A DNA stretch of 64,000 nucleotides from an uncultured Alloprevotella sp. (GTDB lineage Bacteria > Bacteroidota > Bacteroidia > Bacteroidales > Bacteroidaceae), in contig CAUUGL010000007.1 in NCBI GenBank assembly GCA_963544845.1, positions 3,471 to 67,470 of the forward strand, written 5' to 3'. Below, piece by piece: positions 45,442-54,306 of the stretch. The first letter of the stretch is position 1. Each line of letters begins with the position of its first letter. The translations under genes and the position numbers were made by a program. The notes beneath the pieces were generated by a model, which had not been told where the DNA came from, did no database searches, and was given only the letters and a program-made list of their open reading frames with translations.

Positions 45442-46195
45442 CTATTTTTCAACATTTGGACTGATGCAGCAATCATGTAGCGCATATAACCTCAGCTCAA
45501 AGTACCTTTCGTCCCTAAAACCATAAGCCACTCTCTTCATGACCTTTATCTTGTTATTTATCCCCTCTACTTTCCCAGTCGATATGGGGCAGTTGTACCA
45601 TGCTAGAATACCGGTTCTATAAGCCATGATTGTGTCGGCCATTTTCATCAGCTGTGGCACTTTGCTCTCCCGCGCCTGTTTTACCCAATCGAGCATGACC
45701 GTTTCGGCTGCTTGCTTATCGGGCTGTGTCCATATCTCTCTGAGTTGCTCTTTGAGGTAGTATGCCTGTGAGAGAGGTTTGTTCATATCCAAGGCGTTTC
45801 CAAGCCTTGTTCGATACTCCTTGTCGAAGATATCCGCTCCATTGTGCAGCAGGTAACGTGTTCCTTTCAACACTTTGCGCTTGTTGATGTATTTTTCTAT
45901 GTTATATTGCACTCTGCCTATACTTACAAACTCACGAATGCGAAAACCATTCTTGACCAAATGGAGATGACTGCACTTGGGACAGCATTTCGGAGCTCGT
46001 TTGCTTTCGATATGTAAGAGGATTGTATTACCTTTATATTCCTCACCCAGGCACTTTTGCTGATACAAGCCCCAAGCATGATATAGAAAACTGCTGTTCA
46101 TAACTGTACATTTGTTGGTGATAAATCAAATATACAATTTGTTCAGCAGTTTTCTTCTTTTTACAATGGTATCATTCCAAATGTCGGATGAATCC
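45442..46195 (-). mobile_element. ISL3-family internal-deletion derivative (about 750 bp) carrying an intact fused 219-aa ORF
   Basis: The right end ATTCCAAATGTCGGATGAATCC (46174-46195) matches the TIR of 34919..35553, while the left end is partly eroded. The ORF 45442..46101 joins the ISL3 zinc-finger N-terminus (CPKCSHLH) in frame to the C-terminal approximately 150 aa (STGKVEGINNKIKVMKRVAYGFRDERYFELRLYALH), skipping most of the DDE core. Confidence 0.8.
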
Positions 46196-46243
46196 TATTT
46201 TGCACTTCGATTTTGAAAGTAGATGCAAAGAAGCAGCTATCTC

Positions 46244-49195
46244 TTACTTCTTTTTAGTAGGCGCAACACGAAACTTATATCCCACATAGAGCATCACATA
46301 GCGCGGAAGGAAAAGCCGTGTATAAGTTTCGGTATGACCCTGTGCATCGACAATCGCACGGTCCCAACTACGCGAATTAAAGATATCCTTGACATTGAGA
46401 GCAAGCGAAAGCCGATCTTTGAAGAAAGATTTCCGCAGGGTGAGATCTGCTTGGAAGATGGTTCGGTTGAGAGAAGCATCCGTAAAGCCTTCCTTACGAT
46501 AGACATAAATATTGGGTTGGCACTTCACCTTACCCGGCAAAGGGAAATAAACATAGGCGCTGAAACGGTATTCGCGTAGCGAAATAGGTAGAAATCCCGG
46601 ACGGCTGCTGTAAGCCCGACGCCATTCGGCACTCAAGTCGGCATATCCACCGAATTTTTCTCCCCAGTTGCTCAAACTCGCACCCCCAGACCACGTGTGG
46701 TTGCGCACCGTGCTCGGCTGTGCACTAAGGTGGGCGGCATCGCTGTTAAGGTCACGGCTGTGTAGATAGTTATAGTTAGCTCTCAACTCAAATTCCCAAT
46801 TCTTGGCCGAGTCAAGTGCAAGTTGCAGACCACTCATACCGTTCCACTCATAGTTTCCCTCAATGTTTTCCGGACGATAGGTGCGCACACCGGTGGAGCG
46901 ATCGTAGACCGATCCCATCGCAATCGCATGACTCAGCTGCTTATAGTCGCCGTAAAAATTCCAAAGGATGCCGCTCTTCCGCCACACATTTCTGTAAGTA
47001 GCTTTAAGTGTTTGGGTGCGGGTATTCTGTAGGGTGGGATTACCGAGGAATATGTTGAGTGGGTCGGCAGCATCACGGATACCGAGGAGGTTTAACATAT
47101 CGGGAGCCGAACTTTCTGAGAGATAGTTGAGCACAAGTTGTGTACGCTCTCCGTTACGGTCGTCGCGGCTGAGATTCCACTTCCATACCAATTCCGGACT
47201 GAAAAGGGTAGCGGTGTGTTCCGGAGTGTAGACCACGGAATTGCGGTGGTAATAGAGGCGGCGCACATGACGGTCAATGGGCAAAGAAGCCGAAAAGTTC
47301 ATCCACGTCCGGTTGGGAAGGCGCAGGCGGTGGGTCCAAGTGGCTCCGACCCGGCCCAGGTTCTCGTGGAGCGTGCTGTGCCGACTGTTTTCTGCGTCGA
47401 TGGTTGATTGCTGCCAACCCGACATCGAGGGCAACGTTCCCAAGGCTTCCGACGAACCGCTCCCCCAACCAGCCAAGCGCTCAAGACGATAGTAGGGGTT
47501 CTCATTGCCCTTGTAGTGACGTTGGAATTCTACGTAAGAAGCCATCTGCCCGTCAGCACCTTCGCCTTGGAGATACTTCCATAAGTAGTCGGCTTTCGTG
47601 GCGAACTGATACTTCCGCTCACTATTGTCGTTAAAGGTGTTTCGGTAGTCGACAGGCGCTGTGGGGGTGTTGTAGTAGCGCAGGTCGTTGTGCCTATACT
47701 GCTTTTGTGCGCGGTGTTCGTGGTCGAAGGAAGCCTTCAGCGTAAGCAGATGTGGAGCTTTACCAAAGGACGCAGAAGCCTTCCCCGAATGGCTGAGCTC
47801 TTCTTCCTGCTCCAAACTCTCGAGACGTCGAAGATGGTTGAGAAAGCCTAAGTCGGCAAAGCGGGTAGGAGTTTTTTGCAGACTGTCGAGAGCGTTGCGT
47901 CCGATGCGCACATCCGGATCGGCACTAAGTGTAGCCAAGCGTTCAAGGAGGTCTTCTCGTTGATCGTTATATTTAAGCGTATAGTCAAACTGGTAGTGCT
48001 GCCCTTTCTGCGGACGAAGGCTCAGTGCCACATTGCCTTGGAAGCGGTGATTACGGCGCGTTTTGTCTTGGTCGGCGAGGTGAAACATACTACCTTGGTC
48101 GAGGAATCGTTCCTGCTTCTGACCATTTAAAGTGTGATGGTGTTGCCACTTGAACACGCCGTAAGTAGAGAACTTCAACCGATCATTCGGTTCAAAGGAG
48201 TAGGCCGCTTTCACGCCTTTATAGCGATAGATACCTTGGCCGAAATTCATCCACATCACTTGCTCTTCTCCCGCCACATCACGTTCGTTGTTGATATTGT
48301 TCAAGTCTGCATTGAGAGTAAAATTTTGTCGGTCGTCGAAGCGCATACCATACCCCCAATACGACCAGCGCTCCTTCGTGCCAAGCCCAACTTCCGGACG
48401 GAGCAGCCATGTGCTGAGATATTCGCGTTTCAGCTTCACGTCCATCACATACGACTTATCACCCACATCCGTGCCCATCGTCTTCGAACTTTCCCCTTCC
48501 TTGCTGTAGAACTTCAGTTTGTCTACCACATACGAGGGGAGGTTCTTCAAAGCCTCTTGAGGATTTCCCTTGAAGAAATCCTTCCCGCTGAGCAGAATAC
48601 TTTCCACAAAACGACCATTGGCATAAAGACGCCCCTTGCGCAGCTCTACGCCCGGCAATCGCTTGACCAAATCTTCCAGCATCGAGCCTTCTTCCAAATG
48701 GAAAGCATCGGCATTATACACCAGCGTGTCTCCTTTATAGAACATCTTAATCTTCGTACCGCGTGCCACAGCCTCACCCAGTTGTTGCCGAGCTTTCCCC
48801 ATCCATATTTCTCCCACATCGTAATAGCGATTGCGGCGGCGGAAACTCACTTCCAAATCGCGCTCCACCGCGTCGTAACCTTCGCAGGTGAGTACCAAAC
48901 GATAGCGACCCTCGTCGGGAACCTTCAGGCGGAATAGGGAGGCTTGCTTCTTGTCTTTTTCCTCCCAATAGGCCCAATCATTGGCTTGTATGCCTTTCTT
49001 CTGTAATTCGGTACGTGTACTGTCCACAAGAAGGCTGTCGGAGCGGAAAAGCGATACTTTTACTTGGGCTAGTCCCTCTTCGGAGAACATGTCCCTCACG
49101 CTCCCCGTCACAAAGCCGGGCTTCTGTGCAAGGAGTACGCCTGCTACAGAGAAGAGCAGGGTAGTGAGCAGACTGCGGAATAATGTAGTGTTCAT
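46244..49195 (-). CDS. large outer-membrane beta-barrel protein with an N-terminal carboxypeptidase-regulatory-like domain (TonB-dependent-receptor-like, no clear plug)
   Basis: Signal peptide MNTTLFRSLLTTLLFSVAGVLLAQ followed by GFVTGSVRD (CarbopepD_reg-like). A long alternating beta-strand pattern ends in an aromatic residue region (YVGYKFRV). The start was moved from 49402 to the ATG at 49195. Confidence 0.72.
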   Translation of the reverse strand: MNTTLFRSLLTTLLFSVAGVLLAQKPGFVTGSVRDMFSEEGLAQVKVSLFRSDSLLVDSTRTELQKKGIQANDWAYWEEKDKKQASLFRLKVPDEGRYRLVLTCEGYDAVERDLEVSFRRRNRYYDVGEIWMGKARQQLGEAVARGTKIKMFYKGDTLVYNADAFHLEEGSMLEDLVKRLPGVELRKGRLYANGRFVESILLSGKDFFKGNPQEALKNLPSYVVDKLKFYSKEGESSKTMGTDVGDKSYVMDVKLKREYLSTWLLRPEVGLGTKERWSYWGYGMRFDDRQNFTLNADLNNINNERDVAGEEQVMWMNFGQGIYRYKGVKAAYSFEPNDRLKFSTYGVFKWQHHHTLNGQKQERFLDQGSMFHLADQDKTRRNHRFQGNVALSLRPQKGQHYQFDYTLKYNDQREDLLERLATLSADPDVRIGRNALDSLQKTPTRFADLGFLNHLRRLESLEQEEELSHSGKASASFGKAPHLLTLKASFDHEHRAQKQYRHNDLRYYNTPTAPVDYRNTFNDNSERKYQFATKADYLWKYLQGEGADGQMASYVEFQRHYKGNENPYYRLERLAGWGSGSSEALGTLPSMSGWQQSTIDAENSRHSTLHENLGRVGATWTHRLRLPNRTWMNFSASLPIDRHVRRLYYHRNSVVYTPEHTATLFSPELVWKWNLSRDDRNGERTQLVLNYLSESSAPDMLNLLGIRDAADPLNIFLGNPTLQNTRTQTLKATYRNVWRKSGILWNFYGDYKQLSHAIAMGSVYDRSTGVRTYRPENIEGNYEWNGMSGLQLALDSAKNWEFELRANYNYLHSRDLNSDAAHLSAQPSTVRNHTWSGGASLSNWGEKFGGYADLSAEWRRAYSSRPGFLPISLREYRFSAYVYFPLPGKVKCQPNIYVYRKEGFTDASLNRTIFQADLTLRKSFFKDRLSLALNVKDIFNSRSWDRAIVDAQGHTETYTRLFLPRYVMLYVGYKFRVAPTKKK

Positions 49196-49296
49196 AGTGG
49201 TTAAATGAAATATGAAATAACAGTTAGTTAAGATGCTTAATATAAGGTGGTAAACAATCGGATAAATCTTTTCAAAATTGCCGACCATCGGCTTCT

Positions 49297-50319
49297 CTAC
49301 GGTTCTGGGCAAGTACCGTCCCAAAGACTCCCTTGTCGTGTGCCACGCTGTCGAAACTCCCGTTCCACAAGAGCGGTAAATTCGTAATTCTTCAGCCCCC
49401 AATCGGGCGCTAACAGCAGGGATTTGGGTGAAAAGGAAGTAAATCGCTCCACAACAAGGTCGGGGCGGAGCCGCTCCAAAAGATCTACGACAAGTGCCGC
49501 ATAACTTTCGGCAGAATAGAGATGAAAATCACTCCGAAAGGTCGGGTCGGAAGCTGCACGCTCCCGCTGTCGAAGAAATTCCTGTGCCATGGCCGTACCT
49601 CGCACAATCTGCAACTGATGGAGCTTCAGCGTGTCGATAGGCAAACGGTTGATTGCGTCAGCCTGTGAAGTTGTGAACGCTGCTTCTTCTCCCGGAAGAC
49701 CTAAAATAAAGTGTGCCCCAACAGGAAGACCGCGCGCATGAGTTCGCCGAACGGCATCTACCGCAACAGCATAATTATGCCCTCGGTTGATACGCAGAAG
49801 GCTCGCATCAGAAGTTGACTCTATTCCATACTCTATCAGCACAAAGGCGCGCTCTTGCAAACGAGCAAAATAGTCGAGCAACTCATCACTGACGCAGTCC
49901 GGACGTGTCCCCACTACCAGCCCCACCACGTCAGGCACAGCAAGCGCCTCCTCGTAGAGGCAGATGAGCCGTTCCGTCTCTCCATAAGTATTGGTGTAAG
50001 CTTGGAAGTAAGCCAGGTATTTCAGTGTTTCTCCCTCGCTCACCTCCATCTTCCCTCTCTTCTCCGCTCGTTTTCTTTGTGCACGGCGGAAAAAACTTTT
50101 CCCTCGCTCCAACTGTTCGCTCACGCTCTCCCCCGTAGAACAATACTCCGGATTAAAGGACTGATTGTTGCAATACGTACAACCGCCTCGTCCCACCGTT
50201 CCGTCACGGTTAGGACACGTAAAGCCGGCATGAATGGAAATCTTCTGCACTTTATGGTCAAAGTGTTTAGAGAGAAAAGTAGAGAGTGGAGTATAGTAAG
50301 ACATAAAAGGAATGGGCAT
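49297..50319 (-). CDS. TIGR01212 (YhcC-like) family radical SAM protein
   Basis: HAGFTCPNRDGTVGRGGCTYCNN cluster motif. The start was chosen at MPIPF (50319), and the alternative start at 50352 adds 11 aa. Confidence 0.8.
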   Translation of the reverse strand: MPIPFMSYYTPLSTFLSKHFDHKVQKISIHAGFTCPNRDGTVGRGGCTYCNNQSFNPEYCSTGESVSEQLERGKSFFRRAQRKRAEKRGKMEVSEGETLKYLAYFQAYTNTYGETERLICLYEEALAVPDVVGLVVGTRPDCVSDELLDYFARLQERAFVLIEYGIESTSDASLLRINRGHNYAVAVDAVRRTHARGLPVGAHFILGLPGEEAAFTTSQADAINRLPIDTLKLHQLQIVRGTAMAQEFLRQRERAASDPTFRSDFHLYSAESYAALVVDLLERLRPDLVVERFTSFSPKSLLLAPDWGLKNYEFTALVEREFRQRGTRQGSLWDGTCPEP

Positions 50320-50457
50320 TAAAGAAGAGCAAGGCCGCAGCTGCATTCTCAACCAACATTTAGGCTACAAGTTTTACAAAGGTGTGAATTCTTTCTACAA
50401 ATAACTATGTTTCATAAGGTTGCGAAGATAATTCAGTCTTTTTACCAGACAGCAATA

Positions 50458-50655
50458 ATTTTCTTTGTAGGGCTTCCGCCACCTCGTTATCTATTCATCG
50501 TCCGTACACGTAAGAACAAACGTCCGTACGTGTCAGGAAAGATTTCCGTACATGTACGGAAAGATGTTCTTACGTGTACGGAAATACTTTCTTACGTGTA
50601 AAGACACTTATTATCTCACAAGAAAACAACAGTAGCTTAGGAAGAAAGAAGATGG
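50458..50655 (-). repeat. palindrome-rich repeat element, copy B (inverted relative to 2456..2630)
   Basis: Its reverse complement aligns with 2456..2630 and carries one extra unit of about 24 nt. It contains TCCGTACATGTACGGA and five ACRTGTA/CGTACGG words. Confidence 0.75.
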
Positions 50656-51010
50656 AAGCACAACGTAGTTACAATGAGTAGATGTTCACATATATTGAAA
50701 TGATAGTATGGAAAAATACAAACCCCTAATCCAAATATCTCTGCAACCAACGATATTTCAGAAAGTTGTGAAGGCAATTCTATTTTTTAACGGACAGCAA
50801 TAAATCAAAATAATAAGCGAGATGCCATTTGGCAATGGCTTCTCGCTTAAAGAGGCGTTTTAAAGGGAGAGTGCCTAATCTCTGGGAGTCCTCAAAGGGG
50901 GACTTCTTTTTTGTATTGCTGATATCGCTCTTCGGGGCTACGCGCCTCAGCTGCGAGAAAACATCTGTGAAACAAATTATTTGTTGCACTTCGTTTTGAA
51001 AGTACAGGCT

Positions 51011-53257
51011 TTATTCTGTAAAGCGTTTATCAGCACGAAGCAAGTGACGTGCGTGAGAGATGATTTCTTGGGTTTCCTGCAAAGTACTCAAATAGAGAAG
51101 AGCAACTTTGAGGTTATTTTCTTCCTTTTGAATCCGGTCCTGTAAGTTGTGACGAAGTTTAGAAATTTCACTTTTGAGAGCATTTCCCTGCACGAGAATT
51201 TCATCGCTGTTGCTGTAATTGTTCGTTGCAATGGCCGTCTGTACAGATTGAAGGAAAACATCGGCTTCTTGGATGATGGGACGGAACTCGCGTACAAAAA
51301 CAGCAGGAAGCGGATTGAAATTATTGTCAACATGCTCAACCACAGGCTCCAGCATACGTTTGAGTCCATAGAGAATTTGAGTCAAACTATTGGCTCCGAG
51401 ATGAAACCAGGTGTTTTTTTCCACCGCGAGAAGTGCATCAATTTTACGCATACCCAGGATTTCTTTACGTCGGTAACGCTTCCAATAGTCTTTTTCATCG
51501 GTAAGAGTCGAGGAAACAGTGCGGAGTATCCGAATGTTGTCCGTCATCAAACCTTCGGCAATACCATTCAGTACAGTCCGTGAAATATCAAGCGTATGGA
51601 CTTGAGTTTCTGAGATATGCTGGCAGAGCATACTCCATACTTCTTTTTTATCGCGACAAACGACCATTTCGCGGAAAAGAGTATCAACATTTTCAATCCT
51701 TGCCTGCTTCTTCTTGAAGCGACGATTATTGTTGACCAATATAACAGCGATGAGGGCGATGATAGCCAACATAGCGATAAAGCCACCGAGGTGATTGATA
51801 GAGGCAATGATAAAAGCCAAAATAAAGGCTGCACCTGCGGTAATAAACCAACCACCAATCACTGTAATGACTCCTGTGATTCGATAGACTGCCGTTTCGC
51901 GTCCCCAAGCCCGATCGGCCAAGGAGGATCCCATAGCTACCATAAAAGCGACGTAGGTTGTAGAAAGAGGGAGTTCAAGAGCAGTACCTACCGTGATGAG
52001 AAATCCGGAGAGGACAAGATTGACACTGGCACGTACTTGGTCAAATGCTACACCTGGTTCTGCATCTGATTTTTCCGTGTCAAAACGGAAATTAATCCAA
52101 CGCTTGGCTGAGAGTGGAATATGCTTCGTAACACTTTTATTGAAGTTCAGTACTCTCCGCACTATACGGCGTGCCACCTTGGAAGAAGAGAATACTTCTT
52201 CTGTTTCACTTTGGCTGGCCAAATTGATGGTATTTTGTACGACTTGTTGTGCCTTTTTTGAAGTATAAATGGCAATGGTCATAATTGCACCAGCACCAAT
52301 AAGAAAGTAACTCACTCCGGGGAGTGTAGAAGGGCCTTCAAGGGCGGTCATCTTATAGGTTGCAGCAGTTGTTCCCGTTCCATTGGCTGTGAAATCCAAA
52401 AAACTTTCCAACCCAGCCAAAGGAACACCAATAAAGTTGACCAAGTCGTTCCCGGCAAAGGCCATAGCTAAAGAAAATGTGCCAAAAAGCACTATAATCT
52501 TAAAGATATTGATGTGAAGCAAATGGAGCAATTCGACGAGGAGGGTAAAGCCGACGAACGAATAGAACAAAATTTGCATGGGATGTTCATTGACGAAGAC
52601 CCCAAAAGCGCTTCCCTGTACCATGGGGGAGTTTCCCAAGCCTTTGGTTATGAGGAAATAGAAGATGAGTGAGATAGAGGCACCACCATACAAGGCAATC
52701 GTCCAACGTAGATGTTTCTTGTATTGGAAAGTGAAAATAAGACGTGTAATCCACATGACAATCAACCCCACCACAAAGGCTATGGCCACCGATAGAAAGA
52801 TACCAATGATAACGGTGAGCGCTTTATCAGTATTGATCAGTTCAGAGTAGCGTTGTCCTGTTTGTACAATAGTCATCAGAGCTAATGCCGAAGAGCCTCC
52901 CAACAGGCCGAAAACCATAGAAACCGTCGTAGAGGTGGGCATACCTACGGTATTGAAGATATCAAGTAGAATGACATCTGTAGCACTCACGGCCAAGAAG
53001 ATACACATAACATCGGCGAAGGAGTAGTACTCCGGCTGTAGTATGCCATGGCGTGCAATATCCATCATTCCGCTCGAGGTAGAGGCTCCGATAAAGATAC
53101 CCACAGCAGCCACTATCAATATGACCTTAAAGCGCGCAGCCCTCGCGCCTACAGCAGGCGAAAGGAAATTAACAGCATCATTGGCCACACCTACGCTAAG
53201 ATCAAAGATGGCCAGCATGAGAAGGAAACCAAGAATTCCTAAATATAAGAAGTCCAT
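51011..53257 (-). CDS. inorganic phosphate transporter (PiT family) fused to a C-terminal PhoU-like cytoplasmic domain
   Basis: Two PiT repeats (GVANDAVNF and AGNDLVNFIGVPLA) and about 10 TM helices, followed by an alpha-helical tail of about 230 aa. The start was moved to MDFLYLG (53257). Confidence 0.82.
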   Translation of the reverse strand: MDFLYLGILGFLLMLAIFDLSVGVANDAVNFLSPAVGARAARFKVILIVAAVGIFIGASTSSGMMDIARHGILQPEYYSFADVMCIFLAVSATDVILLDIFNTVGMPTSTTVSMVFGLLGGSSALALMTIVQTGQRYSELINTDKALTVIIGIFLSVAIAFVVGLIVMWITRLIFTFQYKKHLRWTIALYGGASISLIFYFLITKGLGNSPMVQGSAFGVFVNEHPMQILFYSFVGFTLLVELLHLLHINIFKIIVLFGTFSLAMAFAGNDLVNFIGVPLAGLESFLDFTANGTGTTAATYKMTALEGPSTLPGVSYFLIGAGAIMTIAIYTSKKAQQVVQNTINLASQSETEEVFSSSKVARRIVRRVLNFNKSVTKHIPLSAKRWINFRFDTEKSDAEPGVAFDQVRASVNLVLSGFLITVGTALELPLSTTYVAFMVAMGSSLADRAWGRETAVYRITGVITVIGGWFITAGAAFILAFIIASINHLGGFIAMLAIIALIAVILVNNNRRFKKKQARIENVDTLFREMVVCRDKKEVWSMLCQHISETQVHTLDISRTVLNGIAEGLMTDNIRILRTVSSTLTDEKDYWKRYRRKEILGMRKIDALLAVEKNTWFHLGANSLTQILYGLKRMLEPVVEHVDNNFNPLPAVFVREFRPIIQEADVFLQSVQTAIATNNYSNSDEILVQGNALKSEISKLRHNLQDRIQKEENNLKVALLYLSTLQETQEIISHARHLLRADKRFTE

Positions 53258-53298
53258 AAAAAGTATTGCTTTGGAGGTTGTAATACTATTTTTCTCTG

Positions 53299-53306
53299 CA
53301 AAGATA
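53299..53306 (-). promoter_or_regulatory. candidate -7 box (TATCTTTG on the minus strand) for the PiT gene
   Basis: TAnnTTTG match about 45 nt upstream of the ATG at 53257. Confidence 0.45.
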
Positions 53307-53361
53307 CTCTTTATAGAGAAATTACAAGAGAAATACAACAACTATTTTTTTTTCTATTTAT

Positions 53362-54141
53362 TCAAGGTTGTGGCACAACCTGTTCTATCTTGGAAGAGTT
53401 GACCCAAAATTGTTCACCATGGGGTAGCAAAATCTGTAACCAGCCTCCAGCTGCACGTTCCTGTATTTCTATTGTCGTACCTTCATGGAGAGTCGGGCCT
53501 TTCTTACTGTTGTGCGATGCGCTTGTGTAAGTCGGTACTTCCGTTTCCATCACTACTGCGCGATTATTGTTAAGAAAAGCCGAGTGTTGTTGCCAAGCAA
53601 AGAGTGTAGTCACAAGAAAACCGAGAAGTCCTAAGACACTCAAAAAGAAACCAGCTTTCCGCACTACAACACGACGACCGAAAAAGAAAAGAATACCGAT
53701 GAACACCGTGAACAGCAGAAAGAGGTAAGACCAGCGTGTCCAACTTTCCAAACTACGAGAAGTCCTCAACTCTTTCCACCAGCTTACAAAAAACATTTCT
53801 TGTGGAGTAGGGAAATGGTCAATGAGACACGCACGCACAATGGCCAAGTTGAAGCGTGCGTCTTCTTGTGAGGAATCGAGATGCAGGCAGCGCTCATAGG
53901 CCAACACCGCATTCGGATAGTCCTGTAATTGAAAGTGAGCATTCCCTAAGTTATAATAAAGGTCGGCAGAAGGTTGTACTTTTAATAAAGCAGAATAGAT
54001 CCGCACAGCTTCAGGGTAATCTTTATGTAGATAAGCACTATCACCTGCTATCTTTGTGAAAGGAGCGGCTTCAAGAGGAAGCCACAATAGGAGGAGCAGA
54101 AAAAGAGAGCGCATGGACTTCTTTAAGTAGGTATTCACCAT
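53362..54141 (-). CDS. batE: BatE-like protein (TPR repeats, TM segments, C-terminal SH3-like domain)
   Basis: It is the last gene of the Bat operon. It has a signal/TM segment, TPR-like YYNLGNAHFQLQDYPNAVLAYERCL, two TM helices and a C-terminal beta domain. Confidence 0.7.
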   Translation of the reverse strand: MVNTYLKKSMRSLFLLLLLWLPLEAAPFTKIAGDSAYLHKDYPEAVRIYSALLKVQPSADLYYNLGNAHFQLQDYPNAVLAYERCLHLDSSQEDARFNLAIVRACLIDHFPTPQEMFFVSWWKELRTSRSLESWTRWSYLFLLFTVFIGILFFFGRRVVVRKAGFFLSVLGLLGFLVTTLFAWQQHSAFLNNNRAVVMETEVPTYTSASHNSKKGPTLHEGTTIEIQERAAGGWLQILLPHGEQFWVNSSKIEQVVPQP

Positions 54142-54306
54142 TAAGCGTATATTGTTTTTAGATTTTCTTTTACTATCATCTTTGGCTGAGTCTTACACTT
54201 TTTGTTGTTGTCAATCAACAATTTCCCACGATACGTTTTTGGGTAATATAGGTCTAATGTAAGATAGGGTCAATTCTAATCGTAACGAGGTTGGGTATAC
54301 TCCTCC

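Noticed and set aside
48134-48937. 267-aa ORF on the + strand, plus several 60-90 aa ORFs between 46816 and 49208
   Set aside because: These are antisense shadows of the 983-aa outer-membrane protein gene. Their composition is His/Arg/Ile-rich and non-protein-like.
49196-49402. N-terminal extension of the outer-membrane protein ORF, overlapping the radical-SAM gene 3' end
   Set aside because: A canonical signal peptide starts at the internal ATG (49195), and the upstream 69 codons overlap another gene. Similar trims were applied at 53258-53341 (PiT), 20900-21052 (metA), 62037-62087 (MoxR), 5720-5758 (aroB) and 58012-58035 (batB).
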